Positions 26,301-37,734 of a DNA stretch of 64,000 nucleotides are shown here, piece by piece (the stretch's first letter is position 1; every line of letters starts with the position of its first letter). The notes under the pieces are model-generated. The model was not told the origin of the DNA. It was given only the letters and a program-made list of their open reading frames with translations, and ran no database searches. The DNA is from Malacoraja senta (Eukaryota). The stretch spans positions 1 through 64,000 of the forward strand of contig JAXLNO010001541.1 of the NCBI GenBank assembly GCA_038087875.1, read 5' to 3'. The translations under genes and the position numbers were made by a program.

Positions 26301-27537
26301 CCCACAGATTCACCACCCTCTGACTAAATAAATTCCTCCTCATCTCCTTCCTAAAGGAACGTCCTTTCACTATCTCCCACTAGTGGAAACATTGCGAAAG
26401 TGGCCTTTCACAAAGTAATGTAAATTTATTAAAGACGGATCAAACAAAGTTAGACACAAAAATCTGGAGTAACTCAGAGGGACAGGCAGTATCTCTGGAG
26501 AGAAGGAATGGGGGATGTTTCAGGTCGAGACTCTTCCTCAGACAGTCGGGAGAGGGTCTCGACCTGAAACATCACCCATTCCAGAGATGCTGCCTGTCCT
26601 GCTGGGTTACTCCAGCATTTTGTGTGTATCTTCAGTGTAAACCAGCATCTACAGCTCACAGTGCCCAGAGCAAACACACATAATTGATGGTGCCCTCCCC
26701 TAATTCTGTAGAGAAACAGGCCCTTCTGCCCTCCAAGTGCATGCTGACCATAGTTTTTGTAAATTACTCTGTTGTGCAGGGAATAGATAAGGAAGTGGGA
26801 TAACCTAGTTAGCTTGAGTTAACGTACAAACACGTATGTCTTTGAGATGTGGGAGGAAACCAGAGCACCTGGACAAATCATCATCATCATCGGCGGTCAC
26901 TCGAAACGAGTATGACTGCCCTCTCCTCTCCATAGGGTCGTCCACTTGTGGGTCTGCACAAATTATACCCAGTAGTTGTTTTAAAATTTGAAAAACATCC
27001 TCCCACCCCCACTCTCAGTCTGAAACATATAAAATATTTGCAGGAGTAGGCCATTCGGCCCTTCGAGCCAGCACAGCCATTGAATATGATCATGGCTGAT
27101 CATCTAAAATCAATACCCCGTTCCTGCTTTTTCCCCATATCCCTTGCTTTCCTTAGCCCTAAGAGCTAAATCTAACTCTCTCTTGAGAAGGGTCTCGACC
27201 CAAAACGTCACCCATTCTTTCTATCCATAGACGCTGCCTGTCCCGCTGAGTTACTCCAGCATTTTGTGTCTATCTTCGGAGTAAACAAGATAGACTGCAG
27301 TTCTGCAGACTGCACTTCCTTCCGACACATGTTTCTAGCCATTGGCAGAGAGGAGAGAAGCAGAGACTGAAAGCAGAAGTCAAGGCCGTTATTTGCAAGC
27401 AGCGAAGTGTGGGAAATATACTGGAAAAGTGGCAGCACTTCTGGAGGAGATGGGAGACCAGTGTCAGAGCAGACATTCCTGGAGTGAGCAGAGGCCAGTG
27501 GCATTGTAAGGCCCTCGTTTGTTCCAACGTCCTGTCT

Positions 27538-27641
27538 TTATAGACGGTCGAAATGTGAGGGTGGAAGGGAGTCTGGCTGCTGAGCAACAGATGCTGTGTG
27601 TTGGCTGCTGTCATGCTGTTGTGGAACATGGAAGATGTCGT
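27538..27641 (-). other. Candidate orphan terminal exon after a long polypyrimidine tract
   Basis: (TC)-rich tract ending tctctcAAG|AC GAC ATC...CTA TAA gives a 34-aa phase-1 frame. The phase-0 frame is open for ~120 codons and Cys-rich. No homology was recognised. Confidence 0.25.
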
Positions 27642-27707
27642 CTTGAGAGACAGAAAGAGAGAGGCAAAAACAGAGAGAGACAAAGACAGAGAGACAGAGA
27701 GTGGGAC

Positions 27708-27946
27708 NNNNNNNNNNNNNNNNNNNNNNNNNNNNNNNNNNNNNNNNNNNNNNNNNNNNNNNNNNNNNNNNNNNNNNNNNNNNNNNNNNNNNNNNNNNNN
27801 NNNNNNNNNNNNNNNNNNNNNNNNNNNNNNNNNNNNNNNNNNNNNNNNNNNNNNNNNNNNNNNNNNNNNNNNNNNNNNNNNNNNNNNNNNNNNNNNNNNN
27901 NNNNNNNNNNNNNNNNNNNNNNNNNNNNNNNNNNNNNNNNNNNNNN
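27708..27946. other. Assembly gap (239 N)
   Basis: Run of n. Confidence 1.
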
Positions 27947-28944
27947 AGGCAGACTGTTGCAGTGTGTTATAAAGTGGAAGGCAGAAGAATCATTGTGAAC
28001 GCCAGTGTATGGAGCAGGAGAGAGAAAGAGAGAGACAAGGAGGTAGATGGAATGAAGGAGTGTAAAGGCAGTGTGAGTGGGCTGGGTGTGGTATGTAGTA
28101 TTAACACTGGTCTGTGTTGTTGGCCTCTCTGTATTGTGGTTCAGTAGGGATACACTGGCACAATGTTCCAGTGAATGATGTCATTCAGAAGTTGGGTCTG
28201 TGATCTGGAGACCGTGTTCCCACCACTTCACAGCAGTGAGGAGTTTAAAGTCAATTCATTAAATCTGTGCAATTAAAGGCCTGTCTGTAGTTGTGACATT
28301 GGGAAAGAGATTGTTTAAGAAAGAACTGCTGATGCTGGAAAAATCGAAGGTAGACAAAAATGCTGGAGAAACTCAGCGGGTGAGGCAGGATCTATGGAGC
28401 GAAGGTGACCTTTTGGGTCGAGACCCTTCTTCAGACTGATGTGGGGTGGGGGGGTGCGGGCGGGGTGGGAAGAAGAAGAAAGGAAGAGGCGGAGACAGTG
28501 GGCTGTGGGAGAGCTGGGAAGGGGAGTGGAAAGAGGGAGAAAGCAAGGAATACCTGAAATTGGAGAAGTCAATGTTCATACCGCTATTTCAGGTAGTCCT
28601 TGGTTTCTCCCTCTTTCCCCTCCTTTTCCCAGCTCTCCCACAGCCCACTGTCTCCGTCTCTTCCTTTCTTCTTACCCCCACCCACACTTCAGTCTGAGGA
28701 AGGGTCTCGACCCGAAACGTTACCTATTCCTTCGCTCATTAAATGCTGCCTCACCCACTGAGTTTCTCCAGCATTTTTGTCTACCATTGGTGTCTAAACC
28801 CATGACTGTAAGCTTCAGGGAAGAGCATCTGGTGACTTTACCTGGTCTCGTTATGTGACTCCAGGCCCCCAGTCATGTAGCCGACCCTTATCAGCTCTGA
28901 AATGGCCCAGGGAAACATCCAGTTCAAAAGCGGTTGTGGACGGG

Positions 28945-29265
28945 AAATAAATGTTAGTTCACTTCACTTGCACCTCCTCCAACCTCATCTACTGTATCCA
29001 CTGTTCAAGGTGTGGACTCTTACACATCTGCGAGACCAAACGTAGACTGGGCGGTCGTTTAGCTGAAAACCTTCGCTCAGTCTGCCTGGACCAACCTGAA
29101 CTCCCGGTTGCCAAACACTTTAATTCCCCGTCCCATTCCCACACTGACCTTTCTGTCCTGGGCCTCCTCCACTGTCAGTGAGACGAAACACAAATTGGAG
29201 GAACAGCATCTCATATTTCACTTGGACAGCTTACAACCCAGCAGTATGAATATTGATTTCATGAA
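28945..29265 (+). mobile_element. Penelope-like element GIY-YIG endonuclease C-terminal remnant; internally deleted copies near 340-665, 7525-7850, 14718-15043 and 21935-22260
   Basis: FTCTSSNLIYCIHCSRCGLLHICETKRRLGGRLAENLRSV...VAKHFNSPSHSHTDLSVLGLLHCQ...KLEEQHLIFHLDSLQPSSMNIDF. Confidence 0.85.
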
Positions 29266-30280
29266 TTGTTTCCATGTCCCAGCTACACTAGTCCCACCTG
29301 CCTGTGTTTGGCCCACATCCTTCCAACCCTGTCCTATCCATGTACCTGTCCAACTGTTTCTTAAATATTGGGATAGTCCCAGCCTCAACTACCTCCTCCG
29401 GCAGCTCATTCCATACACCCACCACCCTCTGTGTGGAAAAGTTACCCCTCAGATTCCTATTCAATATTTTCACCTTCACCTTGAACCTATGTCCTCGATT
29501 CCCCTAGTCTGGGCAAGAGACTCTGTGCATCTACCCGATCTATTCCTCTCAAGATTTTGTACACATCTATAAGGTCACCCCTCATCCTCCTGCGCTCCAA
29601 GGATTAGTCCCAGCCTAGGCAACCTCTCCCTATAGCCGACCCTGATATCCTGGCAACATCCTCATAAATCTTCTCTGTATCCTTTCCAGCTTGTTGACAT
29701 CTTCCCAATAACATGGTGCCCAGAACTGAACACAATACTCTAAATGTGGTCTCATCAATGACTTATATAATAGACAATAGGTGCAGGAGTAGGCAATTCA
29801 ATGTGATCATGGCTGGTCATCCACAATCAGTAGCCCGTTCCTGCCTCCTCCCCATATCCCCAGACTCCGCAATCTTTAAGAGCCTTATCTATCTCTCTCT
29901 TGAAAGTATCCAGAGAACCTGCCTCCACCGCCCTCTGAGGCAGAGAATTCGAACATGATCTCCCAGCTTCTATACTCAATACTCTGACTGATGAAAACCA
30001 ATGTGTCAAAAGTCTTTTTGACCATCCTATCTACCTGCGACTCCACCTTCAAGGAACCATGCACCTGTACTCCTAGATCCCTCTGCTCTACAACACTCCC
30101 CGGAGGCCTACCATTGTCTGGTCATGTCCCCAATGTCTTTTCCCCGAGGTGTGTTCCTCCAATACCCGGCCCCGTGGGCTTTCCTGCAATGTCTGGCCAT
30201 CGGACTTACACCATTTGGATCAGGTGCTGATGTTGACTCTTCAGTATCTGTTGTATCCTATTCTGAACAGGTCCATGTAC

Positions 30281-33200
30281 AAGATGCAAGATGGTGCAAG
30301 ATGTACGAGGTGCAAGATGGCTGCTGTTGCTGCGTGAGGGTTTGACACAAGGTCTAGTCTGCTGGCGCAACTATTTGTCTATTGATGGCGTTTTGAGATT
30401 CCTTCTCCACTCTAACTCTCCTGGTGTCAATGAACAATTTTTGGTGAATCTAAAAAGCAAGGTAGAACAACTTTAGCATTATCAATAACTAATTACTAAT
30501 TACTAGACTATCTTCTACCTTCTACTATTCATTGATTGGAAAAGACTATTGGTCTTACAATGGGCGAGCCAATTGCCCTCCAAAGTGCCTTGGATAACAT
30601 GCAGCAAATGCAGCTCAACATGATATTACATATGGACAATAAAATTGATCCAATTGGGGTAAGCCTGACTAACATTGAAGGCTCACTTCAAACGCTTGGA
30701 GAGCATGTAACGGAGCTTGAGCATAGAGTTAGCTCCAACGAGGATAATATAATAGACCTGGTTGGACGTGTAAAATCACTTGAAAAAGAAAACGCTGACC
30801 TGAAAACTTGGGCAGATGACAGAACAGAAGCAGACGTTCCAACTTACGTTTCGTCGGAATCCCCGAGAGGGTAGAGTCCAAAGATATCTCCGGATTCATG
30901 GGCCGTCTGATATCGCAGCTTCTTGGTGAGGCGAATTTCCCCACTCCTCTAGTGATTGAGCGTTGTCACCGTGCTGGTCGCAAGGATAACTCCAGAGCCA
31001 AGGGTCCGAGGCCTATCCTGGTGAAGTTCCACTATTTCCAGGATAAGCTGAGGATAATGAAGCTATCCCGGGAGAAAAATGTGCCCCTTGAGTACAACGG
31101 ACCTCGGGTTCATGTCTACCCGGACTTCAGCGCTGGTCTTGTCCAGAGACGACAGGAGTATGTTGCGGTTAAGAAGAAGTTACGCAACCGTGACATTAAA
31201 TACGCATTGATCTTTCCCTGCACACTGAGAGTTGTCTACGCTGGCAAGACACAGTTCTTTCGCACTCCTGATGAAGTTGAGACATTTTTTGGTGAGCTCT
31301 CCTCCATTAACTCCTCCATGGACTCTGATATAACAGCCTAATGTTGGTGGCCAGTGGCTGGTGATAGCGTTAGCACAATAATGCTGTTTGCCTATGAACT
31401 TTGTGTTTAGCTGGTTTTTGGTTGTATTTTTCTTGATTTTGATAAAATGATGCCAGCGGCTCCTCTTGTAATTATATAACCGCTGGACCAGCATTGATTT
31501 TTCTGTCTTATTTGCAAAGTTGAAGCTGGCATGAGAGTTGTTATGATTGATGCTGCTTTACTACTGTTTCCATAAAAAGTGTCGCAATTGCCGTAAAACG
31601 TTGTAAAACTAAGAGTTGTTATTTTGGGCTTCATAATGCCTCATTAATTTAAACATAAATGGTCCAGGACCTCATACTTTGATCTATTTGCATAAATATG
31701 AGCTATGCAGACTGAGGTGTGTATCCTCACTTTTTTCTTCTTTTTCTCTCTCTCTCTCTCTCAATGACGCAGCCTGATCTTGTGTGCTTTGCCTGTCCTG
31801 TCTTTTGTGTGTGTGTGTCTGTGTCAATCTGTGTATGTGGCTCTCTCGTCCCCTTTCTCATGCTATTTCCTTGCCTCACTCCCCCGACCTTATCTACACC
31901 CAATTGATCCACAATTGATACAGCTAAAGGTCTAAAAATCATCCATTTGAACATTAGGAGTCTTCTTCCAAAGATAGATTTAATTAGAGTTTGGATTGCA
32001 CAGAATAAACCTGACATAATAACATTTTCAGAAACATGGTTACATAGTGAAATTTGTGACAATGATATTCATATTGATAATGTTGTATTATATAGAGCAG
32101 ATAGGCCTACGAGAGCTGGAGGAGTGGCTTGTTATGTGTCAACTTGCTTTATATCTGAACCCAGCCATCCCTAAAGCATCCTCATTCCTCTTTGAAAGCC
32201 TTTTTATTAGGTTAAAACTTCATGAGAATAAACATCTAATTATAGGCACTATCTATCGACCCCCCCCTGTTCATCCTGACTCAACTAAGTCCCTAATTTC
32301 CACTCTCACCTTTATTGAACACCCATGTGAATTAGTGCTTCTTGGTGACTTCAATAAAAACTGGCTCGATCGCTCCTCTTCTAACGACAAACACTTGCTT
32401 AAAAGTATAAACCTGACCCAGTTAATCAACGAACCTACCAGAGTTCATGGCAATTCTACATCACTATTAGATTGGATTCTTGTTACCCATCCTGACCGAA
32501 TCTTAACATCTGGTGTTTTGTCAGATTGCTTTAGCGATCATTCTGCTATTTTCTGTGTGTGGAAGATTAAACCTTCCCGTCTCCCTCCTAAACATATTCG
32601 TGTTAGACAATGTAGAAAATTTAATTATGATAATTATATGCATGACCTGATTGCAATAAACTGGGACAGGTTTAAGATAAGATAAGAGATAAGATAAGAT
32701 ATACCTTTAATAATCCTTTACAGGAAATTACAGTGCCACGACAGCTTCAAGACAGACATAACACCACACATTTCCTCAAATAGCTTCCATACTTAACAAG
32801 TTAAAATACAAGTTAAAATACAAGTTAAAATACAATTAATGAAAAAAAAAGTGCAGTTATTTATGCGCATTATATAACCTTATAGCAGCTGGTAAACAGG
32901 ACTTCCTATGTCTCTCAGTTTTGCACATTGGTGCAATCAGTCTCTGACTGAAGATGCTGCTCTTGATCACCTTCAGGGCATGGAGTGGGTGAGTGGGGTT
33001 GGTCATTATTGAACCCAGTTTGTTCAGAGTTCTGGCCTCTGCCACCTGCTGGACCGTTCGTTGCTCAGCCCCGACCACTGAGCCGGCCTTCCTGATCAGC
33101 TTGTCCAGTCTGTTTTTGTCCGCTATGCGGGCGCCATCTCCCCAACAGGCGGGCGCCATCTCCCCAACAGTTTCATCATACCAACTGTCGAGGATGCCTG

Positions 33201-35706
33201 GAATTATTTATACACTGAAGTCACAAGAGTTATCGATAAGCATGCCCCCTGGAGAGAAATAAAAGTCAAGGGAAAACATTTACCATGGATTAGTGCTGAT
33301 TTGATCAACCTTTTTAATGAGCGGGATAAAGTCTGGAAGACTTTCAGGGAAACAAAGGACCCTGCTGATTGGGAAAAATATAGGTCCTTAAGGAATCAGT
33401 GTACGACAAAAACACGTAATGCTAAATCAAGTCATTTTAAAAAACATCTTTCTGAAGACATGCATAATCCAAAAAAGTTTTGGAAAAGACTAAACAATGT
33501 TCTTAATAAATCAAATCAAAATATCAGCACTCAGATTCGGGTCAACAATGATATCATTCAGGACCCTGCTGTTATATCCAATGCTTTCAACCAGCACTTC
33601 TCCACTGTATGTAGCTCTACTGTATTTGATTCATCTATTATATGTGACTTTCCAGCTACCTCTACAAGTAGAAGATCTTTTTCTTTTCAAAAAATTAAAC
33701 CTGTTTACGTTCAACATGTTATTAATGAATTAAAGGATGATTGTGGATCTGGACCAGCTGGTATTGAGACTAAATTCATTAAGTTAGGAGCTAATATTTT
33801 AATGTACCCACTATGCGACCTGTTTAATTTGTCCTTCTCAACTTGTACCCTCCCTTCCGCATGGAAGTGTGCAAATGTTACTCCACTGCATAAGGGAGGC
33901 GACCCACAAGATATTAACAATTACCGCCCCATCTTAATTATCAACTCGGTGGCTAAAATCTTCGAGAAACTAGTGTTCAACCAGCTATCACATTATGTCT
34001 CAACTTTCAATATTCTATCTCCATGCCAGTCTGGGTTCAGTCCTAATCACTCCACAACTACAGCTCTGTTAAAACTTACCAGCGATGTGTTCACTGCTTC
34101 CGAGGATGGTAAACTCACCGGTGCCATCTTTCTTGATCTAACCAAGGCCTTTGATGTTGTTGACCACTACCTACTGCTTGATAAACGTAACTCTATTGGT
34201 CTTTCTCAAAACAATCTACTGTGGTTTAACTCATACCTTCATAACAGACGCCAATGTGTCACCTTTAATGGAAGTCAATCCAATTCCTTAATTGTTGAGA
34301 AGGGGGTCCCGCAAGGTTCGTCCTTGGGACCACTCCTTTTCTCTATTTTCATAAACGACCTCCCTAATATCTGTTCTGACTGCCAAATACAACTATATGC
34401 CGATGATGCGGTGCTACATACATCTAGTACTAACAAGTCTGAAATTGAAAGAACCCTTCAATCAGATCTTACTTCTGTTCAGAAATGGCTATTATTTAAC
34501 AAATTAATTTTAAATAAAAATAAATCATGCAGTATGTTATTTGGTACCAGACAAGGCCTTGGTAATTCTGTAGATCTGACTATATCATTTAATGAAGGAT
34601 CACCATTAGAACAAGTATTGAACTTCAAATATCTTGGTGTTTGGCTTGACCCAACGCTTTCATTTACGCAGCATAGTGAGACGATTACTAAAAAACTTAG
34701 CTGTAATCTAGCTATTCTTTATCGCCATATAAATTGTTTCACCTTTCAGATGAGAAAAAGAATTGTCTCTCAACTACTACTACCAACACTGGATTATGCT
34801 GATATTGTCTATCAGAATACATTTGATATACATCTTCAACCCCTTAATGTAGTTTATAATAGTCTTTGCAGATTTATTTTAAGGTGTCCATATATAACTC
34901 ACCACTGTTCTATGTACGAAACTCTAAACTTGTTATCCCCCCACGCTCGAAGATGCTACCACTGGTTCCAGTTCCAGTTCATCTTTAAATGCATCCACCT
35001 CAATTACCCTTCTTATTTAAAACAAGACCTATTACCATACACACCCTCATATTCACTAAGACATATTCAGCAACCCTTCTTTTTCATTCCAAGAACTAAC
35101 AAAGAAATTGGGAGACGTGCATTTAAATTCAAAGCTCCTTCTGACTGGAACACTCTGCCTAGTACCATAAGAACTATTAGCTCATTTCGTCTATTTAAAA
35201 ATACACTTTTACCTTTCCTTATAAAACCATGTACCTGTTTCTAGTATTAGAGTCTTCGAGCTCCTTTATTTAGCTTGCTCTGAGTGTGATCATTTGGCAT
35301 AACTATTGTATATGCATGGCCATTACACTTATGTATTATTGTATTGCATAGTGTAACAAGGTCTCATATTGTATTATGTCACAATATCATGAAATAATAT
35401 ATTATGTAATTATGTTGATAGTATATATTAACGTACGATGTATGATAGGTGGTATATGGTATTATGCACTAACATTATGCTGTAACACATAACTATTGTT
35501 ATTATTGGATATGTAAAGTTAATTAACAATTGTTATAAACTATAACAAGTGGGGATGGAGGGGTTTTGGGATTGGTGTGTGGGTAGGTGGGTCAATGAGA
35601 GCCTCTAGATATGTTATGTCTTGTGCTGTATGTTCTATGTTGGACCCCCTCGAAAATGAGATGACTGTCCATCTCAAGGGGTTATCCATGAATAAATTTG
35701 TTTCAA
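30281..35706 (+). mobile_element. Near full-length L2/Crack-group LINE: L1-type (Tnp22-like) ORF1, APE endonuclease, RT and 3' hairpin
   Basis: ORF1 at ~30560-31341 is frameshifted (ERCHRAG...PRPILVKF...YPDFSAGL). The endonuclease at ~31920-32685 has HLNIRSL, FSETWL, GDFN and SDHS. The 647-aa RT ORF at 33301-35244 has GVPQGSSLGP and YADD. The 3' hairpin is at 35646-35681, followed by AATAAA. A 59-bp flanking duplication is present. Confidence 0.92.
32686..33170 (-). mobile_element. Rex1/Babar-like LINE 3' fragment nested in ORF2 of the large LINE
   Basis: ACWGDG...RLDKLIRKAGSVVG...HPLH...RHRKSCLPAAIRLYN; (TCTTA)n tail read as agataagataag at 32686-32700. Confidence 0.75.
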
Positions 35707-37267
35707 AGGTGCTGGTGTTGACTCTTCAGTATCTGTTGTATCCTATTCGGAACCTGTCCATGTACTCCTCTCCTGATGTGTTTTAGCCCAGTATCTGGTG
35801 TATTTGGAGCACTCATAGAGTCATAGATTAATACAGTGTGGAAACAGGCCCTTCAGCCCAACACGCCCACACCGGCCAACAATGTCCCAGCTGCCTAATC
35901 CCACTTGCCTGCACTTGGTCCATATCCCTCCAAACCTGTCCATGTACCTGTCTAACTGTTTCTTAAACGATGGACTACCTCCTCTGGCAGCTTGTTCCAC
36001 ACACCCACCACCCTCTGTGTGAAAATGTTACCCCTCAGATTCCTTTAAAATATTTTCCCATTCACCTTGAACCCATGTCCACTGGTCCTCGATTCCCCTA
36101 CTCTGGGTAAAAGGCTCTGTGCATCTACCCGATCTATTCCTCTTATGATTTTGTACACTTCTATAAGATCACCTCTCATCCTCCTATGCTCCATAGAATA
36201 GAGACCCAGCCTGCTCAACCTCTCTCGCACCCTCTAGCCCTGGCAACATCCTCGTAAATGTCCTGGCAACATCCTCAGCTGAAGTCCCTAAAGTGATGAG
36301 TAAAGTGATGATCAACTCCAAACATTTCATGTTCTTGTTATTTTCTTTTATTTATGTATCTAATTTCAAATGAAAACATGCAGTTCAGCAGAAAAATTAA
36401 AAAATAAGCTGCAGATAATGAGTTAAACAACATCTGGTTTACAAAATCTGATTGAGCAAGTCCCCAAGCATCGGCCCCCCCTCCACCACATTGCTTCCTG
36501 TTCCTTCTCCCCTCCCCATGCCCCCTTCTTGCTCCACAATATCAGCGCATCCCTCCCCCTCCCACACTCCCCTCTTCTCCTTCACTCATCACATTCCCAT
36601 CCCCTGCTCCCCTTTTGCAAACATTAATCCTGCCTTCCTCTCCCACTCCTGAATGCCACCCACTCCAGTGTCTCATACCCTGACATTTTCCAACTATAAT
36701 GTCCTATCCTGTCCCCCCCACCACCCCCCTCCCCCACCCACGCCCCTCAGTCACAACCAGTTTCTTCCCCAGCATCCCCAGTGCATTTCCAAGTTTATCT
36801 CCTGAAATGAGCGTTTGCAGTGCAGTAGCCTCGGATTGCCGAGCGAGTGAGTGAAAGACAGGGAGACTCCATTTGCCAACGTCAGCAGCTGCATGGCGAT
36901 CTCTTGAGTGAATGTGGCGTGTGTGTCGGCTGGTCATTGCTGCACCTGTAATATACACAGGAAAGTCAGACATTGTGTGTGGCAAGGTGCAGCACAGATG
37001 GTGATCTGTAGGGACAGGCAAACTAAATAACAGACAGTCTGTCCTGAATCTTGGAGATAGACCCTCATGGACAGGGGGTCTGCAACATTTCTAGGACCCT
37101 CGAGGATTGGTAGTCTGTGCATGTTTGTAGGAGCTGGACCCTCATGGACAGGTGGTCTTTCATTAGTGGCCCAGGTCAACTCTAAGGGATACACAGTCTG
37201 AATACCAGTTGTGGGTTGAAGAGAGGTTCCGTACCTCGGCTCAGATTTCAGATACGGAGTACCCTGT

Positions 37268-37578
37268 TAGTTGTAGTTCAGTGATACAGCATGGAAACAA
37301 GCCCTTCAGCCCACCGGGACTGCACCAACCAGCGATCCCCGCACATTAACACTACCCTACACACACTAGGAACAATTTTTTACATTTACACCAAGCCAAT
37401 TAACCTACAAACCTGTACATCTTTGGAGTTTGGGAGGAAACGGAAGATGTCGGAGAAGACCCACGCAGGTCACGGGGAGAACGTACAAACTCCGTACAGA
37501 CAGCACCCGTAGTCAGGACGGAACCCGGGTCTCTGGCGCTGTAAGGCAGCAGCTCTATCGCTGTGCCACCGTGCCGCC
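37268..37578 (-). mobile_element. tRNA-derived HE1-type elasmobranch SINE; copy at ~43930-44242
   Basis: ggcacggtggcacagcg...gacccgggttc tRNA-like head with a CR1-like 3' tail. Confidence 0.75.
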
Positions 37579-37734
37579 CAACATTTGACATGAATACAAC
37601 GTTTGTTTGATTTCCATGTTTGAGCTCAGGGTCATTGCCCCAAATACCCAACGTTCTATGAATGTTTGCTGTATCGAGGCCCAGAGGACAGGAATAAAGA
37701 GGAAAGGTTCAAAGACCAGGGGGATGTGATGGGT

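Noticed and set aside
27519-28147. Long ORFs spanning 27519-28147
   Set aside because: Artefacts of translating through the N gap.
37268-37578. tRNA gene
   Set aside because: Only the tRNA-derived head of an HE1-type SINE; no complete cloverleaf.
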